Below, piece after piece: positions 25,929 through 38,620 of a DNA stretch of 64,000 nt. The stretch is from the human T2T-CHM13v2.0 reference genome, Homo sapiens. Location of the stretch: the NCBI RefSeq assembly GCF_009914755.1, contig NC_060932.1. One strand, 5' to 3'. The translations under genes and the position numbers were made by a program. The notes below the pieces were generated by a model that worked only from the letters and a program-made list of their open reading frames with translations, was not told the DNA's origin and searched no databases. Numbering within the stretch: position 1 is the first letter of the stretch; each line of letters opens with the position of its first letter.

Positions 25929-27254
25929 TTCTCTTGCAAATATGGGGAAAGCACTACCTCAGGCTGTGTTAGTGGCCACAAAGGGCCAAAAGAGACTGGG
26001 TCCTTCCTTTTGGGGATGCTGCCCAAGCCTTGTCCCCCATCACGAGTTCTGCCAGTGAGCCCCTGGGGCAGGAACAGGCTCCTGCTCCACCCACTTCCTG
26101 ACCTTATTCATTTGTTCACTCTTGGTACCCACTTCCCAGGTGCCTACTATGGGTGGGACATGTTCTAGGCTCCTGGGATGCATCAATGAATGAGATAAAG
26201 TCAGCAAATCAAATCAGTGAATTCTGTGGTACATTAGAAGACAGTTCATCTCTCAATATTTTACCCATTCATTTGTCCCACCATGGGAGGGATGCATGTC
26301 AGATCATGCCACTCAAAATCTACCCATATGCCTCCCATTTCACTCAGAGTAAAACCCAAAGTCCTGAAGATGACATAAGACACCGATGCTTCCATCCACG
26401 AGGGTGTAACAAGGACCAGCTTCACCCTCCTGCCTTAAACAACTCAAAAATTGGAAAAATATACAAAACCATGATTATCAGACATCAGACAACAGCAGCA
26501 CAGGACAAAGATCTCTGAAAATGGAAAACCAGCACGGTGAGCCCAGCATGGCCACAGCCAGCTGCCTGGGAAGTTTCCAGTTTGCGGCGCAGGGTGAGGA
26601 AGCCTGATAAAGCCCAGTAGTCTCTCTGAGTGGAGGAAGTGGACGTGAAAGTCTTGGGGGGCCAAAGTGGCTGGAGTTTGCTGGGAAGAGTCACAGGAGA
26701 CAGCTGCAAAAGGAGGAGAGAGAGTTCTGGGGCTTTGCAGGGGATCCCCTGCATTCCCCGTCTTCATCTGAGCTCAGTACGTTTGGGAAAAGAACCACAA
26801 AGCTCCAAAAGGAGTAGAGGGAACAATCTTTGGAACTCACACAGAGCTAGGAAGAGTTCCTTTTCTCATCAGCAAGAATGGAAAACCTGGTAATTCACAG
26901 CGCATTAGGTAGAGTGCTAATGGTATGACCTCAGTAATGGGGGAAAAAAATCTGCCCTAAACAACAATGCTTTGGCTCTTCCTACTAAAGCTTTAAAATC
27001 AAAGCCTCAAAGGAACCAAACTTTTCAAGTAATTTAATTGTGTTCAAGAACAAATCTGAAGAATATTTAAAAAGTACAGGAATATCCAGTACCCAACAAG
27101 GCAAAATTCACAATGTCTAGCATCCAATCAAAATTTGCTAGGCATGGAAAGAAGCAAAAAAATATGATCTACAATTAGGAGAAAAATCAATTAATTGAAA
27201 CCAACACAGAAATGATATAATTAGTAGACAAGGACATTAAAACAATTATAACTA

Positions 27255-27301
27255 TAAGGTTGGTGCAAAAGTAATTGCGACTTTTGCCATTACTGTCAAT
27301 G
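27255..27301. mobile_element. MADE1 (Hsmar1-derived MITE), half copy
   Basis: taaggttggtgcaaaagtaattgcgacttttgccattact matches the recalled MADE1 arm; the second arm is absent. Confidence 0.8.
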
Positions 27302-28353
27302 ATATATTTCTCATGTTCAACATGGTAGAGCAAAACATAAGCATGGTAAGGAAAGACATGGGAAATATAAAATGATGAAGAATACATTTCATACTATGAA
27401 TACACTAGTTTAGCAGCAGATTAAACAATGTAGAAGCGAAGATGAGTGAACCTGGAGACACAGCAACAGAAACTATCCAAAAATGAAACATACAGAGAAA
27501 AAAGACTGGAAAAAATAAAACAGAGCGTTAGTGAGCTGTGGGACAGCATCACATGGCATTTTGTATGTGGAATTTGCATCCCCACAGAAGGAAGGGGAAA
27601 GAAAACATATCTGAGGAAATACCTCAAATACATTTTACAAATTTGATGAAAATGATAAATCCACAGATCCAGGAAACAACGAATTCCAAGCAAAAGAAAT
27701 ACAAAGAAAACTACATGAAGACACATTGAAATAATATTGCCCAAAGCCAATGATAAGAGCAAATCTTAAAACCAGCCATAGAAAAAAGACACATGAAAGG
27801 AACGAAAAATCAGAGCACAGTTCTTGTTGAAAACGGTACAAGCTGAGAGACAGTGAGCAACAATTTAGCGCCCTGAAAGAAAAAAACAAAATGAAACAAC
27901 AACCTGCCAAGCTGGAATTCCATACCTAGAGAAAATATCTTTAAAAACGGAAGGTGATATAGAAACACTTTTCATGTACACAAAAACCAGAAGAAGTTAT
28001 CACCAGGAGTCCTGCACTACAAAAAACGTTTGAGATAGTCTTCCAGACAGAAGGAAAATGACAACAGATGGAAATAGGAAACTACACAAAAGAATAACAA
28101 GCACCACAAATGGGAAAAATTTAGGTAAATAGAATTTGTTTATTTTTAAAATTTAAAGTAAGAATAATAATGCATTGTGGGTTTATAACAAATATAGAAG
28201 TAAAATATATAACAATAATAGCACAAAAGCCAGGAGGGGGAAATGAAAACAAAATATTGGAAGGTGCTTATACTCTTAATTTTACTCGAAGCTATAATTT
28301 CACTTGAAGGTAGACCGAGATAAGCTAACATGTATACTAGAAACCCAAAAGCA

Positions 28354-28618
28354 GGCCGGGCGCGGTGGCTCACGCCTGTGATCCCAGCACTTTGGGAGGC
28401 CGAGGCGGGTGGATCACGAGGTCAGGAGATCGAGACCATCTTGGCTAACATGGTGAAACCCTGTCTCTACTAAAAATACAAAAAATTAGCCGGGCGAGGT
28501 GGCGGGTGCCTGTAGTCCCAGCTACTCGGGAGGCTGAGGCAGGAGAATGGCGTGAAACCCAGGGGGCAGAGCCTGCAGACAGCCGAGACTCTGTCTCAAA
28601 AAAAAAAAAAAAAAAAAA
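28354..28618 (+). mobile_element. AluY-type element with right-arm deletion and 15-bp TSD
   Basis: AluY diagnostics (gagatcgagaccatc, ggagaatggcgtgaa), CpG-rich, long A-tail; AGAAACCCAAAAGCA at 28339-28353 and 28619-28633. Confidence 0.93.
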
Positions 28619-31347
28619 AGAAACCCAAAAGCAATGACTAAAACAACATAAGACAAAATATGTGTGGCTAACAAGTCCACAAAGGAGATAAGGTGGAGTC
28701 ATAAAAAATACTCAATGCAAATAAAGGCAGAAGGAGACAAAAAAATGCATAAAAACAGATGAGACAAAGAGAAAACAAATTGCAAGATGGTAGACTAAAA
28801 CCAAATCATATCAAAAGTCATATTAAATATAAATGATTAAATCACCACAATCAAATAGCAGAGATTGTCAAATTGAATAAAAAAGCAAGAGCCAAGTGTA
28901 CACTGCCTATACAAAATCCACTTGAAATATAGTAGCTACCAATCAATCAAAAGTAAAAGGATGGAAAACGATATATCATGCTAACACAAATATTAAAAAA
29001 ACTGTGTGGTTATGTTAATATCAGACAAAGTATATTTTAGAGTAAATAATATAACAGGGATAAAGAGAATCGGTCCATTAATCAAGGAGATATAAGAATC
29101 TTAAATATTCATGCATCTAGTCACAGAACTTCAAAACACATAAAGCAAAGAAGTTAGAGCTAGAAGGAAAAATAGACAAGTCAACAATCTTAGTTGAAAA
29201 TGTCAACATCCATCTATTGATAATTGATAAAATAAGTCGACAGGTAATCAGTAAGAATATAAAAGGCTCAAACAATTATTAACCAACATAACTGAATTGA
29301 CATTTATAGAACTCTAACCACAAAAGAATAAACTTTATTTTCAAATACACATGGTACATTTACCAAGGCAGACTATATTCTGTGCCATAAAAAGTCTTAG
29401 CAAATTGGAAAGGATTCAGATCCAACAAAGCATGATCTCTGACCACATGGAATTAAATTGGAAATCAATAACAGAAAGATAGATGGAAAATACCTAAGTA
29501 TAAGGAAACTAAATAACATAATTTTAAATAATCCATCGGTAAAGAAGAAATAAAAGGTAATGAAAGTAAAAGGCATCTTGAACAAAAGAAAAATGAAAAC
29601 ACAGCATATAAAAATCCCTGGGGTGCAGCATTAAAACACCTGTATTAGAAAAGAATGAAGGTCTGAAATCAGATTATAACTGAATAAATTAGGAAAAAAC
29701 CAGCAAATTAAACTCAAGAAAAAAAGAGCAAAAATCAATGAAATAGAAAATAACAAAAAATAGAAAAAATCAATGAAACCAGTAGGTTTTTTGAAAAGAT
29801 GAAAACATTGATAAACCACTAGCAGGATTTATTAGGGCAAAAAAGTAAAAACACAGATTATTAACATCAGTAAGAGTGGGTACATCATTACAGGTTCTAC
29901 AGACATTAAAAGAATAATGAAGGGATAGTCTGAATAACTTTATGCCAATAAATTTGGTGACATAGATGGAATAGACACATTTCTTAGAGTCATAAAATAC
30001 CAAAGCTTACTCAAGAATGAAATAACAAGAATAACCCAAATTATGAAAATCGAATGTGTAGTTGAAAACTTTCCCATAAAGAAAATTTTAGGCTGAGTTG
30101 GCTTCATTCTTGAATTCTATCAAGTGTTTAAGGAAGAAATAATACCAATACTACAAACTCTTCCAGAAAATTGAAGAGGAGGGAACACTTCCCAACCCTT
30201 CCATGAGGCAAAACCTGACACCAAAACCAGATAAAGATATTGGAAATAAAGAAAACTACAGCCTAATATCTTCCATGAACAGACACAAACTTTCTTAATA
30301 AAACAATTTAAAGTATACAGAAATGCTTATCCATCATCTCCTAGCGGGGCTTATCCTGGGAATACCAGGCTAATTGAATATTTGAAAAATCAGTCAATGT
30401 AATTCACTAGATTGACTAAGGAAAGAAAATACAATGATCTCAATAGATGCAGAGAAACATTTGGTAAAACCCAACATCTATTCAAAAATAAACATAGGAA
30501 TTAAGAAAAATTCCTCAACCTGATAAAGAGTATCTATAAAAATCCTACAGCTAACATCACACTTTATGGTGGAAGGCTGAATATTTTTCCACATGACTGG
30601 GAATGAGGCAAGAAGTCTGCTCTTACCTCTCTCATTCAACATTAGACTATGGACTTAATCAATGTAAGAAGTCAACAAAAAGGAATAAAAGTCATACAGC
30701 CTGGGAAAGAAGAAACAAACTATTTTTATTTGTAGAAGGCATTATTATACAAGTGGGAAATTCCAAATCTACAGAAAAGCCTACTAGAACTAAAAAATAA
30801 GTTCAGCAAATTTGCAAATTGTAAGGTCAATAAACAAAAATTATTCATATTTATACATACTGGCAATGAACAATTGGGAATTGAAATAAAAAAGGTACCA
30901 TGTACACTAGCACCAAAAATCATGAGTTATTTAGGCATAAACCTAACCAATAATTGCAAGGTCTGTATACTGTAAACTACAAAATATTGATGAAATAAAT
31001 CAAGAAAATAGATAGATACACCATGTTCATGGATTGGAAGACTCAATATTGTTCAGATATTAATTTTCTCTAACTTTTTCTAAATATTCAATGCAATTTC
31101 AATAAAAACCCCAGCAAGAATTTTTTTTGGTAGTAACCAACAAGCTGTTTCTAAAATTTATATGGAAAGGTAAAGAAACTAGGATAGTCAAAAAGATTTT
31201 GTAGAAGAACAAAATTGGAGGACCATTACCAATGTCAAGACTTATTGTCAAGCTATAGTAATCAAGGCAATGTAATATTGATAAAAGCACATAAATATAA
31301 ATATGTGTAACAGAACATGGATTCTGGAAAAAGGCCCACACATATAA

Positions 31348-31539
<192 letters not shown>

Positions 31540-31850
31540 TGATAAGTGTGCAAGAGCAACTCTATTAAAAAAGCATTAACAGATGGTGCTGCAATAATTG
31601 AACAGACACATGCAAAAAATAACCCCTAATCCATACCTCACACCATATGAAAAATTTACTCAAAAAGATCATAGACCCAAAAGTAAGACCTAAACTTCTA
31701 AAACTTTCAGAAGAAAATATAGGAGGAAATCTTTATGATCTTGGGTTAGACAAAGATTTCTTAGATGTGACACCAAAAGCACTATATAAAAGAAGAAATG
31801 ATAAATTTGATTTCATAAAAATTAAAAACTTCTGCTTTTTGAAAGATACG

Positions 31851-32615
31851 TGAAACATGTTGGAATCAAAATGGAGTCACTGTGTTAAAACTCTGATAAA
31901 TGGGGCTGGAGGAAGCCTTAAAGGAATGGTTCTCATGCACAAATGCCTGACTGCAAGAACGATCACAAAAGACTCTGCAAAACCCACAACCTTGCACAAA
32001 GGCCAATTGCAACCTTACACACACACACACAAATACTTCTGTGAGGTCATCTACCCAGAAAACTGTCTTTCCAACCTAGGACTCACCCCAGCCTTGTTAT
32101 TGACCCTTGTAGCCAAGAATTATTATTTCAGAACAACTTATATAATCAATCATTTTAATTTTGCCTTTAAAAACTTACCCTTGCCCCAGCCTTGAATAGG
32201 CATGTGGTTTACTATGGCACACGTATTACTATTGCAATGCCCATTCCTGAATAAATATCATTTTCTTTTAGAGATCCCCTCTGTCTTTATTTTATTTTTG
32301 TTTTCTAGAGAGAGACTTGATCTGTTGCCTAGGCTGGAGTGCAGTGGCACAATCATAGCTCACTCACTGTAGCCTCAAACTCCTGGGCTCAAGAGATCAT
32401 CCTGCCTCAGCCTCCCAAGTAGCTAGGACTACAGATGCATGCCACCATGTCTGCCTATTTTTTTTTTTTTATTATAGAGGCAGGTTGTCTCTATATTGCT
32501 CAGGCTGGTCTTGAACTCCTGGGCTCAAATGATCCTCCTGCTTCCACCTGCCAAAGTGCTGGGATTACAGGCATGAGCCACTGCACCTGGTCCCCCTCTC
32601 TTTTATTTAGATTAA
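31851..32615 (+). mobile_element. ERV1-class solo LTR (MER72-like by recall) with an AluJ inserted near its 3' end (about 32290-32592, minus strand)
   Basis: Starts TGAAACATGTTGGAATCAAAATGGAGTCAC; AATAAA near 32250; reverse Alu dimer inside. Confidence 0.65.
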
Positions 32616-33599
32616 GGGATATGCATTAAAAAATGATAAGCTGCAGACTTGGAGGCAGTATTTGCAAATCACATATCTGATAAAGGACTATCTCCAGAAT
32701 ATAGAAAGAACTCTCAAAACAAAACAAAGCAAAGCGCAAGCGGCCTAAGGAAACACAGGCAGGAGACTGGGACAAGGCATCAGAGGAGGCAGACAGATGG
32801 CAAAGAAGCACCTGAAAAGCACTCAACATTTCTCACGAGGGAAACCAACTAACACCACAGTGGGCTATCACTACACATCTACTGAAATAGCTAAAATCAG
32901 AGACACTGGAAATACCAAGTGCTGGTGAGGTTGCAGAATAGCTCTGAGCTTCCATACATTGCTGGTGGGAATGCACAGTGGCACAGCCCTCTTGGAAGAT
33001 AGCCTGGTATTTGCTAATAAAGTCTAATGTACACTTACCAAATGGCTCAGCTACCCGCTCCTAGGCATTCACTCAAGTGAAATGACTACTGACTAAAATA
33101 TATACACAAACATTTATACTGACTTTATTTATGCTATCTCCACATGGAAATAATCCAAATGTCCCTCACCCTGGGAATGTATAAACAAACCATGTCACAC
33201 TCACAGTAATGCTACTCAGCAACAAAAGAGGTGAATCACTGATAAACACAAAAACATGGATGCTCCAGGAGGGAAACCAGATTCCAAAAGCTACATTTGG
33301 TGTCATTTCATTTTTATGACATTCTGAAAAAGGTGAAACTACAGACAGAGAGCAGGTCAGTGGTTCCCTGGGACTGGGAGTTGGAGAGAGTTCACTACAA
33401 AGGGACGGGAGGGAGTGTCTGGGAGATGGAGTTGTCTGGGCATCCTGTACCCACCGCCATATTTTGTTTGTGATGGTGAGTCCATGACTATATACATTTG
33501 TCAAAATTTGAAAGCTATACACTAAAAATAGTGAATTTTGTCATCTGTAAATCATACTGTAATCGAAAAGAAAAAAGACACATAAGAACAAAAATGGTC

Positions 33600-34045
33600 T
33601 CTCTGCCCTTATTTCCTTCTGCTCTCCCTTGCTTATTCCACTCCAGTGGTGGGGTGCTCCCACCACCGGGTGCACATCTACTTCTGGACCTTTGTGTGGC
33701 CACTCCTTCCGTCTGGGGAATGCCGTTCCTTCAGATGGCTGCCTGGCTCAGTCCCTCACCTGATTTTAGTCTTTGCTCAGTTGTCACCTTCTTGAAGAAC
33801 TGATTTAAATCCTCACCCCACACTTCCCCCTCCCCACCCTCTCTTTTTTCCATGTCACTTTTTGCCCTGTAACATCATATCCTTTACTTTCCTGCTTCTG
33901 GTCTCACTGGCAGGTCTCCCTACCTGGAATGTAAGGCATGAGGGCAGGGTCTTTATCTCTTTTGTTCCCAGCAGTATCCCCGACACCTAGAACACCTGGT
34001 CCACGTAGCAGGTGCTCAGCAAATACTGGCAGAATGAATGGAGAG
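33600..34045 (+). mobile_element. L2 3' end
   Basis: gaatgtaagg...gagggcaggg...ctagaacacctgg...gtagcaggtgctcagcaaatactggcagaatgaatg. Confidence 0.75.
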
Positions 34046-35621
34046 CTTCATAGCAGGTGATGTATCCAGAGCCACCACCGGCCCTGTCCTGACCTTGGAC
34101 ATGGCATTGTGACAGCCCTCCCACCTCTCCAGGATCCAGTCTGTCCCCTGTAATCATCACACCAGATCCAGCTTCCCAAATGCCTTCTGGTGGACCCTGT
34201 GAGGCTCTGCTTCCCTGGCCCCTCTGCCCAGAGCATGTCTCCTTCTCCTCCTTTCTTTCTGTCCCTTTGCCAGGGCTGTAGGAGGATACCCACCAGGCTT
34301 CTCCATCCCATAACTGCAGCAGAGGGTTGGAGTTGCCTGAGAAGCTGCATTTCTGCACATCTGAGCTTTGCTGTCTGAAGAGCTCTAGAGCCTCCGTCCT
34401 AGATATCACGTGTTCTGACATCTCCTGGCATCTCAGGGCCAGGGCAGCTCTGGGGAGGCCCTCAGACCCTGCTCTCTTGACCTTGAGAGGTCAAGACACA
34501 GTTTACCCCTTCTGGAAGCCGCCTCCTTCCTGTGGCCTCTCAGAAAACTAGCCAGTTCCCTGATCCTGGAAAGGGTGACCTTCCAGACAAACCTGGCTGG
34601 GGCCCACTCTGGGAGTGGGAGTGAGGATCCCGTTGGAGCTAGAGCCCGGCTTCCCCCAGGCACAGCAGTGGTAACAGCATGGGCCGCAGGCACCAGCGAG
34701 GCCTGTACCTTGCCCCTCCAAACCCACATCACAGCCCCTGTGGCTTCCAGAGTTAAATGCATTTTTAAAAATAGAAAAACGATGTGAACACACTATTAGC
34801 AAACATCTGCAGAGGAGTACTCTTGGCTTAGCAGCAACAGAAGCTATGGCAGAGAAGGGAGGCCTGACAACATTCAAACATGGACTGCGAGAGCCGGAAA
34901 TACCTGAGTTCACAGGCAGGTACCAAGACATTCCTGGAACAGCCACCGTAGGCAGCGTGGATTGCAACAGGGAATCCTGCTCTGAACCCATGGCTTGGCT
35001 GTGGGCCCCAGCCCGGGTGGACGAGTGTCTGGACAGCAGAACCTGCTCTGAGTCCCCATAGAGGGGGCGGGCAGGGCTCTGGGCTGGGGGCCAGACAGCT
35101 CTGACCTGCGTATCAGACACAGGAAGGTAGAGATGCCCTTTGTGTCTTTCCAGGTTCCTGGGACACTGGGGTTCCCTGGGGACCCTGGAAGGCTGTGGAG
35201 GAACCTTCCTTTATTCATGTCCCTTAAATCTCTGCAGAAACTCTGGCTGTGGTATCATCTCAATTCTGCTGAATAGAAGCCGAGGCCCAGAGAAGCAGGT
35301 GAACGGTCTGTCCATCCATTCACTGACCCGTTCACACAGCCTGCAGGCACTGTTGGCAACACAGGCCATGGTCCCTCTGGCCCTCACACAGGTGCAGGCT
35401 ATGTGGGCAAGGCCCTCACTCCAGTTTAAGCTTCCGCCCTCCTGACCTCCTCTCCTCCAACCTGATCCCCACTCCAACCCCTGCAGGCTGCTCCTGGGGG
35501 CAGGACCCTCCTTCCTCAGCACAGGGGCCCCTGGATGGCCTGCAGGGAGGCTCCCCTGACAGATGAGGAGGCTGAGTACCGGTGGGGGGGGTCAGGGGGT
35601 CCCTGCTGGGGTTGAGCTGAC

Positions 35622-35701
35622 CTGGAGTTTTGGGACACGGCTGACGACACTCTACCCGTCGGGGTGCAGCTGTGTGGCTTTTCAGAACACTGCCTGTCCA
35701 T
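35622..35701 (-). CDS. MROH5: MROH5 coding exon 1 (MDRQCSEKPHSCTPTGRVSSAVSQNS-R)
   Basis: ATG at 35701 in strong Kozak context (ccaaccATGG); donor CAG|GTCAGC; phase 2 joins exon 2 in frame; peptide matches the MROH5 N-terminus as I recall it. Confidence 0.82.
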
Positions 35702-36076
35702 GGTTGGGGTGCAGTGCAGACCCACAGGAGCTCACCACTAACTCTGGCCTCACGCCTGTGGGCCGGCCCTGTCTACGGCACTGGCCCTCCCCCGCCCTGG
35801 CAGGCCTGACCTCACCCCTGAGGTCACAATGGTTCCAGTGTCCACAGCATCCTTTCTAGGGTCTGTCTGTGTTGTGGGGACAGCAGGTGTGCGTGTGTGC
35901 CTGTGTTTGTGGGTGCGTGCTCAGACGTGGGTCCTCAAGGGGTCCCGGGCCTGCCCCTTCCTTCTCTGGGCCTCAGTTGTCTCCTGGGAGACCCGTGGAT
36001 GATCCGGCTTGGGCCATTTGTTTGCTAAGTCCAGGTCCCTGTGTGGGTGGCAGGTCCCGGGGCTGGAGCTGTGACT

Positions 36077-36256
36077 TCCCCTCTGGGTCTGAGTGTGAGC
36101 ACGTGCGATGCGCTGGGCTCCCCTCTGGGCGTGAGAGTGAGCACCTGCGATGTGCTGGGCTCCCCTCTGGGCGTGAGAGTGAGCACCTGCGATGTGCTGG
36201 GCTCCCCTCTGGGCGTGAGAGTGAGCACCTGCCATGTGGTGGGCTCCCCTCTGGGT
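36077..36256. repeat. 42-bp minisatellite, 4 copies plus a partial (TCCCCTCTGGGCGTGAGAGTGAGCACCTGCGATGTGCTGGGC)
   Basis: Unit starts at 36077, 36119, 36161, 36203 and 36245. Confidence 0.93.
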
Positions 36257-36379
36257 GCGGGTGCTTGCCGCTTCTGGGATCCTCTCCAGCCGAAGGAACC
36301 AGGAGCGGGGAGAGCCTGGGAGCTCAGCCTGTGGGGCTGGGCAGGCTGCCCCGAATCAAATCCAGCCCCCTCTCTGCTG

Positions 36380-36930
36380 ACCGCGTGCCCGGGAACCTCG
36401 CCGTGCCTCGCTGTGCACTCCTCCCCGTCTGTAAGACTGGAGCAGGACCGAGGGTCAGAGCGGCCGCTGTGGGCCTGGCCCTGCTCACCGCCCTGGGATT
36501 GGGGTGGAGCTCAGAGAGGGCCAGGAGCCAGCGGCTGGTCGCACAGCAATCAGTGGTGGAGATGAGCCTCAAACTCAGGTCCCCAGACCCGAGTCTAGGG
36601 TGAGGACGAGGCCCCTGGAGCAGTGGCACCCCCTCCCTCCCCGCCGCCTGCTCCGCGACCCGGCCCCCGCGCGGCCGGCAGATGGCGCTGCGGGCCCAGG
36701 CAGGACTCGCGCGGCAGGAGGGCCGCGGCCTGGACGGGGGCCTGTGAGAGGCGCACGTGCCACCCAGCCCACGCGCCCTCCCCGCCGCACCCTCCCTCCA
36801 GCCAGGGACCCGCAGAAAGGGCGTCATGGGTAGGGGTGCCTGGCATCCCACCGCCTTAGGCCTGGGGCTGCGGGCACTACCCACTGGGGGCAGTGAAGCC
36901 GGAGGGCGCCACGTGGGTCCCACCACCTAG
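36380..36930. promoter_or_regulatory. CpG island upstream of MROH5 with CTCF-like and E-box motifs
   Basis: High CpG density; CGGCCGGCAGATGGCGCTG at 36672-36690; CACGTG at 36754 and 36910. Confidence 0.7.
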
Positions 36931-37454
36931 ACTTTGCCTAGGCCGTTCCCCCTCCTGCTGTTCGCCTGCAATGAGGAAGGGGCCAGACTCAAGGGCCGGG
37001 CAGCCCCCTGGCCTCCCAGGCTCCTTCTCTGTGTCCCTGCCCAACTCCCCGGGGTTCCTAGGCTGCAGCCAGGCTTGAGGCTTTGTGCAGTGCCTTCCTC
37101 CTGGAATGCGCCCTGCCCCCCACTTTCCTAGAGAAACTCATTTTTGCCCTTTCCTATTTGTCCTTGGAGACCCCCGCCCAGGCCACCTCCTCGGGGAAGC
37201 CACCCTGATTTCTTTGGGCTCCCATAGCATTTATTCTCGAGGCGGTTTGTTCAACCTTGCTGGGCTTGACTGGGCGGCGGGATGGTGGGGGCTGTGGTTT
37301 GACTGGAGGTGACAGGAGGGGCCAGGTGGACACCCATGCCCCTTGTCCAGCTGGGTCCCACCTCCAGCTCCCCTGGCTGCTGCCCCAAGGCCTGACTCTG
37401 TGAATTTCCCTTCCCAGGAGACAGTGGCCCTGTTTGACCAGTGGACACCCCCAC

Positions 37455-38620
37455 AGAAGACGTAAACATAAGACCTGAAGCTGTAAAACTCCTAGAGGGA
37501 AACAGGGGAAATGCTGTTTGACATGGGTCTTGGCAATGATTTTTTGGATATGAAGCCAAAAGCACAGGCGAAAAAGCAAAAATAGACAAGTGGGACTACA
37601 CCAAACTCAAAAGCTTCTGCACAGCAAAGGAAACAACAAAATGAAAAGGCAGCCTACGGAATGGGAGGGAATATTTGCAAACCCTCTCTCTGATAAGGGG
37701 TTAACATCCAAGATATATAAGGAACTGCTGTCACTCAATAGCAGAAAACCAAATCAGCCAATTAAAAAGTGGGCAATGGATTTGAATCGACATTTATCCA
37801 AAGAAGACAAATAATCAGCCGGTATATAAAAAGGCACCCGACATCACTTATCACCAGGACATGCAAATCAAAGCCACAGTGAGACCGACTTGCACCTGTT
37901 AGGATGGCTGGCATCAAAAAGACAAGATGGCAAGTGTTGGCCGGGGTGTGGAGAAAGGGAGCCCTTGTACCCTGTTGGTGGGAATGTAAAATGGTGCAAC
38001 CAGTATAGGAAACAGCATGGAGGTTCCTCGGAAAACTAAAGATAGATCTGCCATCTGATCCAGCAATCCCTCTACTGGGTTACAGCCAAAGGAAATGGCA
38101 CCAGGATCTTGAAGATAGAGCTGTACTCCCATGATCGCTGTGGCTTTGTTGAGGATAGCCAAGATACGGAAACGCCCGAAGTGTCTGTGGTCAGATGAAT
38201 GAAGAAAGAAAATGTGGTATAGACACATGATGGAATATTAACCTTTAAAAAGAAGGAAACCTGCCATATATGACAACGTGAATAAACCTGGAGGATTTTA
38301 TGCCAAGTGCAATAAAGCCAGACCCAGAAAGGCCAATGCTGCTTGATTCTGCTTCTACATGGAATCTAAAATAGTCAAAGTCAGAAGCAGAGAGTAAAAT
38401 AGTGGTTCCCAGGGCGGGTCGGGGGAAAGGGGAAAGGAGGCATTGCTGCTGAATGGGGATGAAGTTTCAGTGAGGATGAGTTGCAGGAGTCCGCCGTGCC
38501 ACATTGCGCCCATAGTTAACGGAACTGCACTGCACACTTAAATGTTTGTTAAGTGCGTAGATCTCACGTTAAGTGTTCTTATCACAGAAAAACAAAAACA
38601 CCCACCACAAACAACCACCA
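37455..38620 (+). mobile_element. L1MB-type 3' fragment
   Basis: ORF2 C-terminal remnant ([15 protein letters not shown]...[13 protein letters not shown]) and 3'UTR ending gtagatctcacgttaagtgttcttatcaca. Confidence 0.88.

Noticed and set aside
25021-26058. 345-aa plus-strand Ser-rich ORF and 333-aa Arg-rich minus-strand ORF
   Set aside because: Alternate frames of the 36-bp VNTR; only the Glu frame has a phase-compatible splice donor
27255-27301. Possible miR-548-family hairpin
   Set aside because: Only one arm of MADE1 is present, so no full hairpin can form
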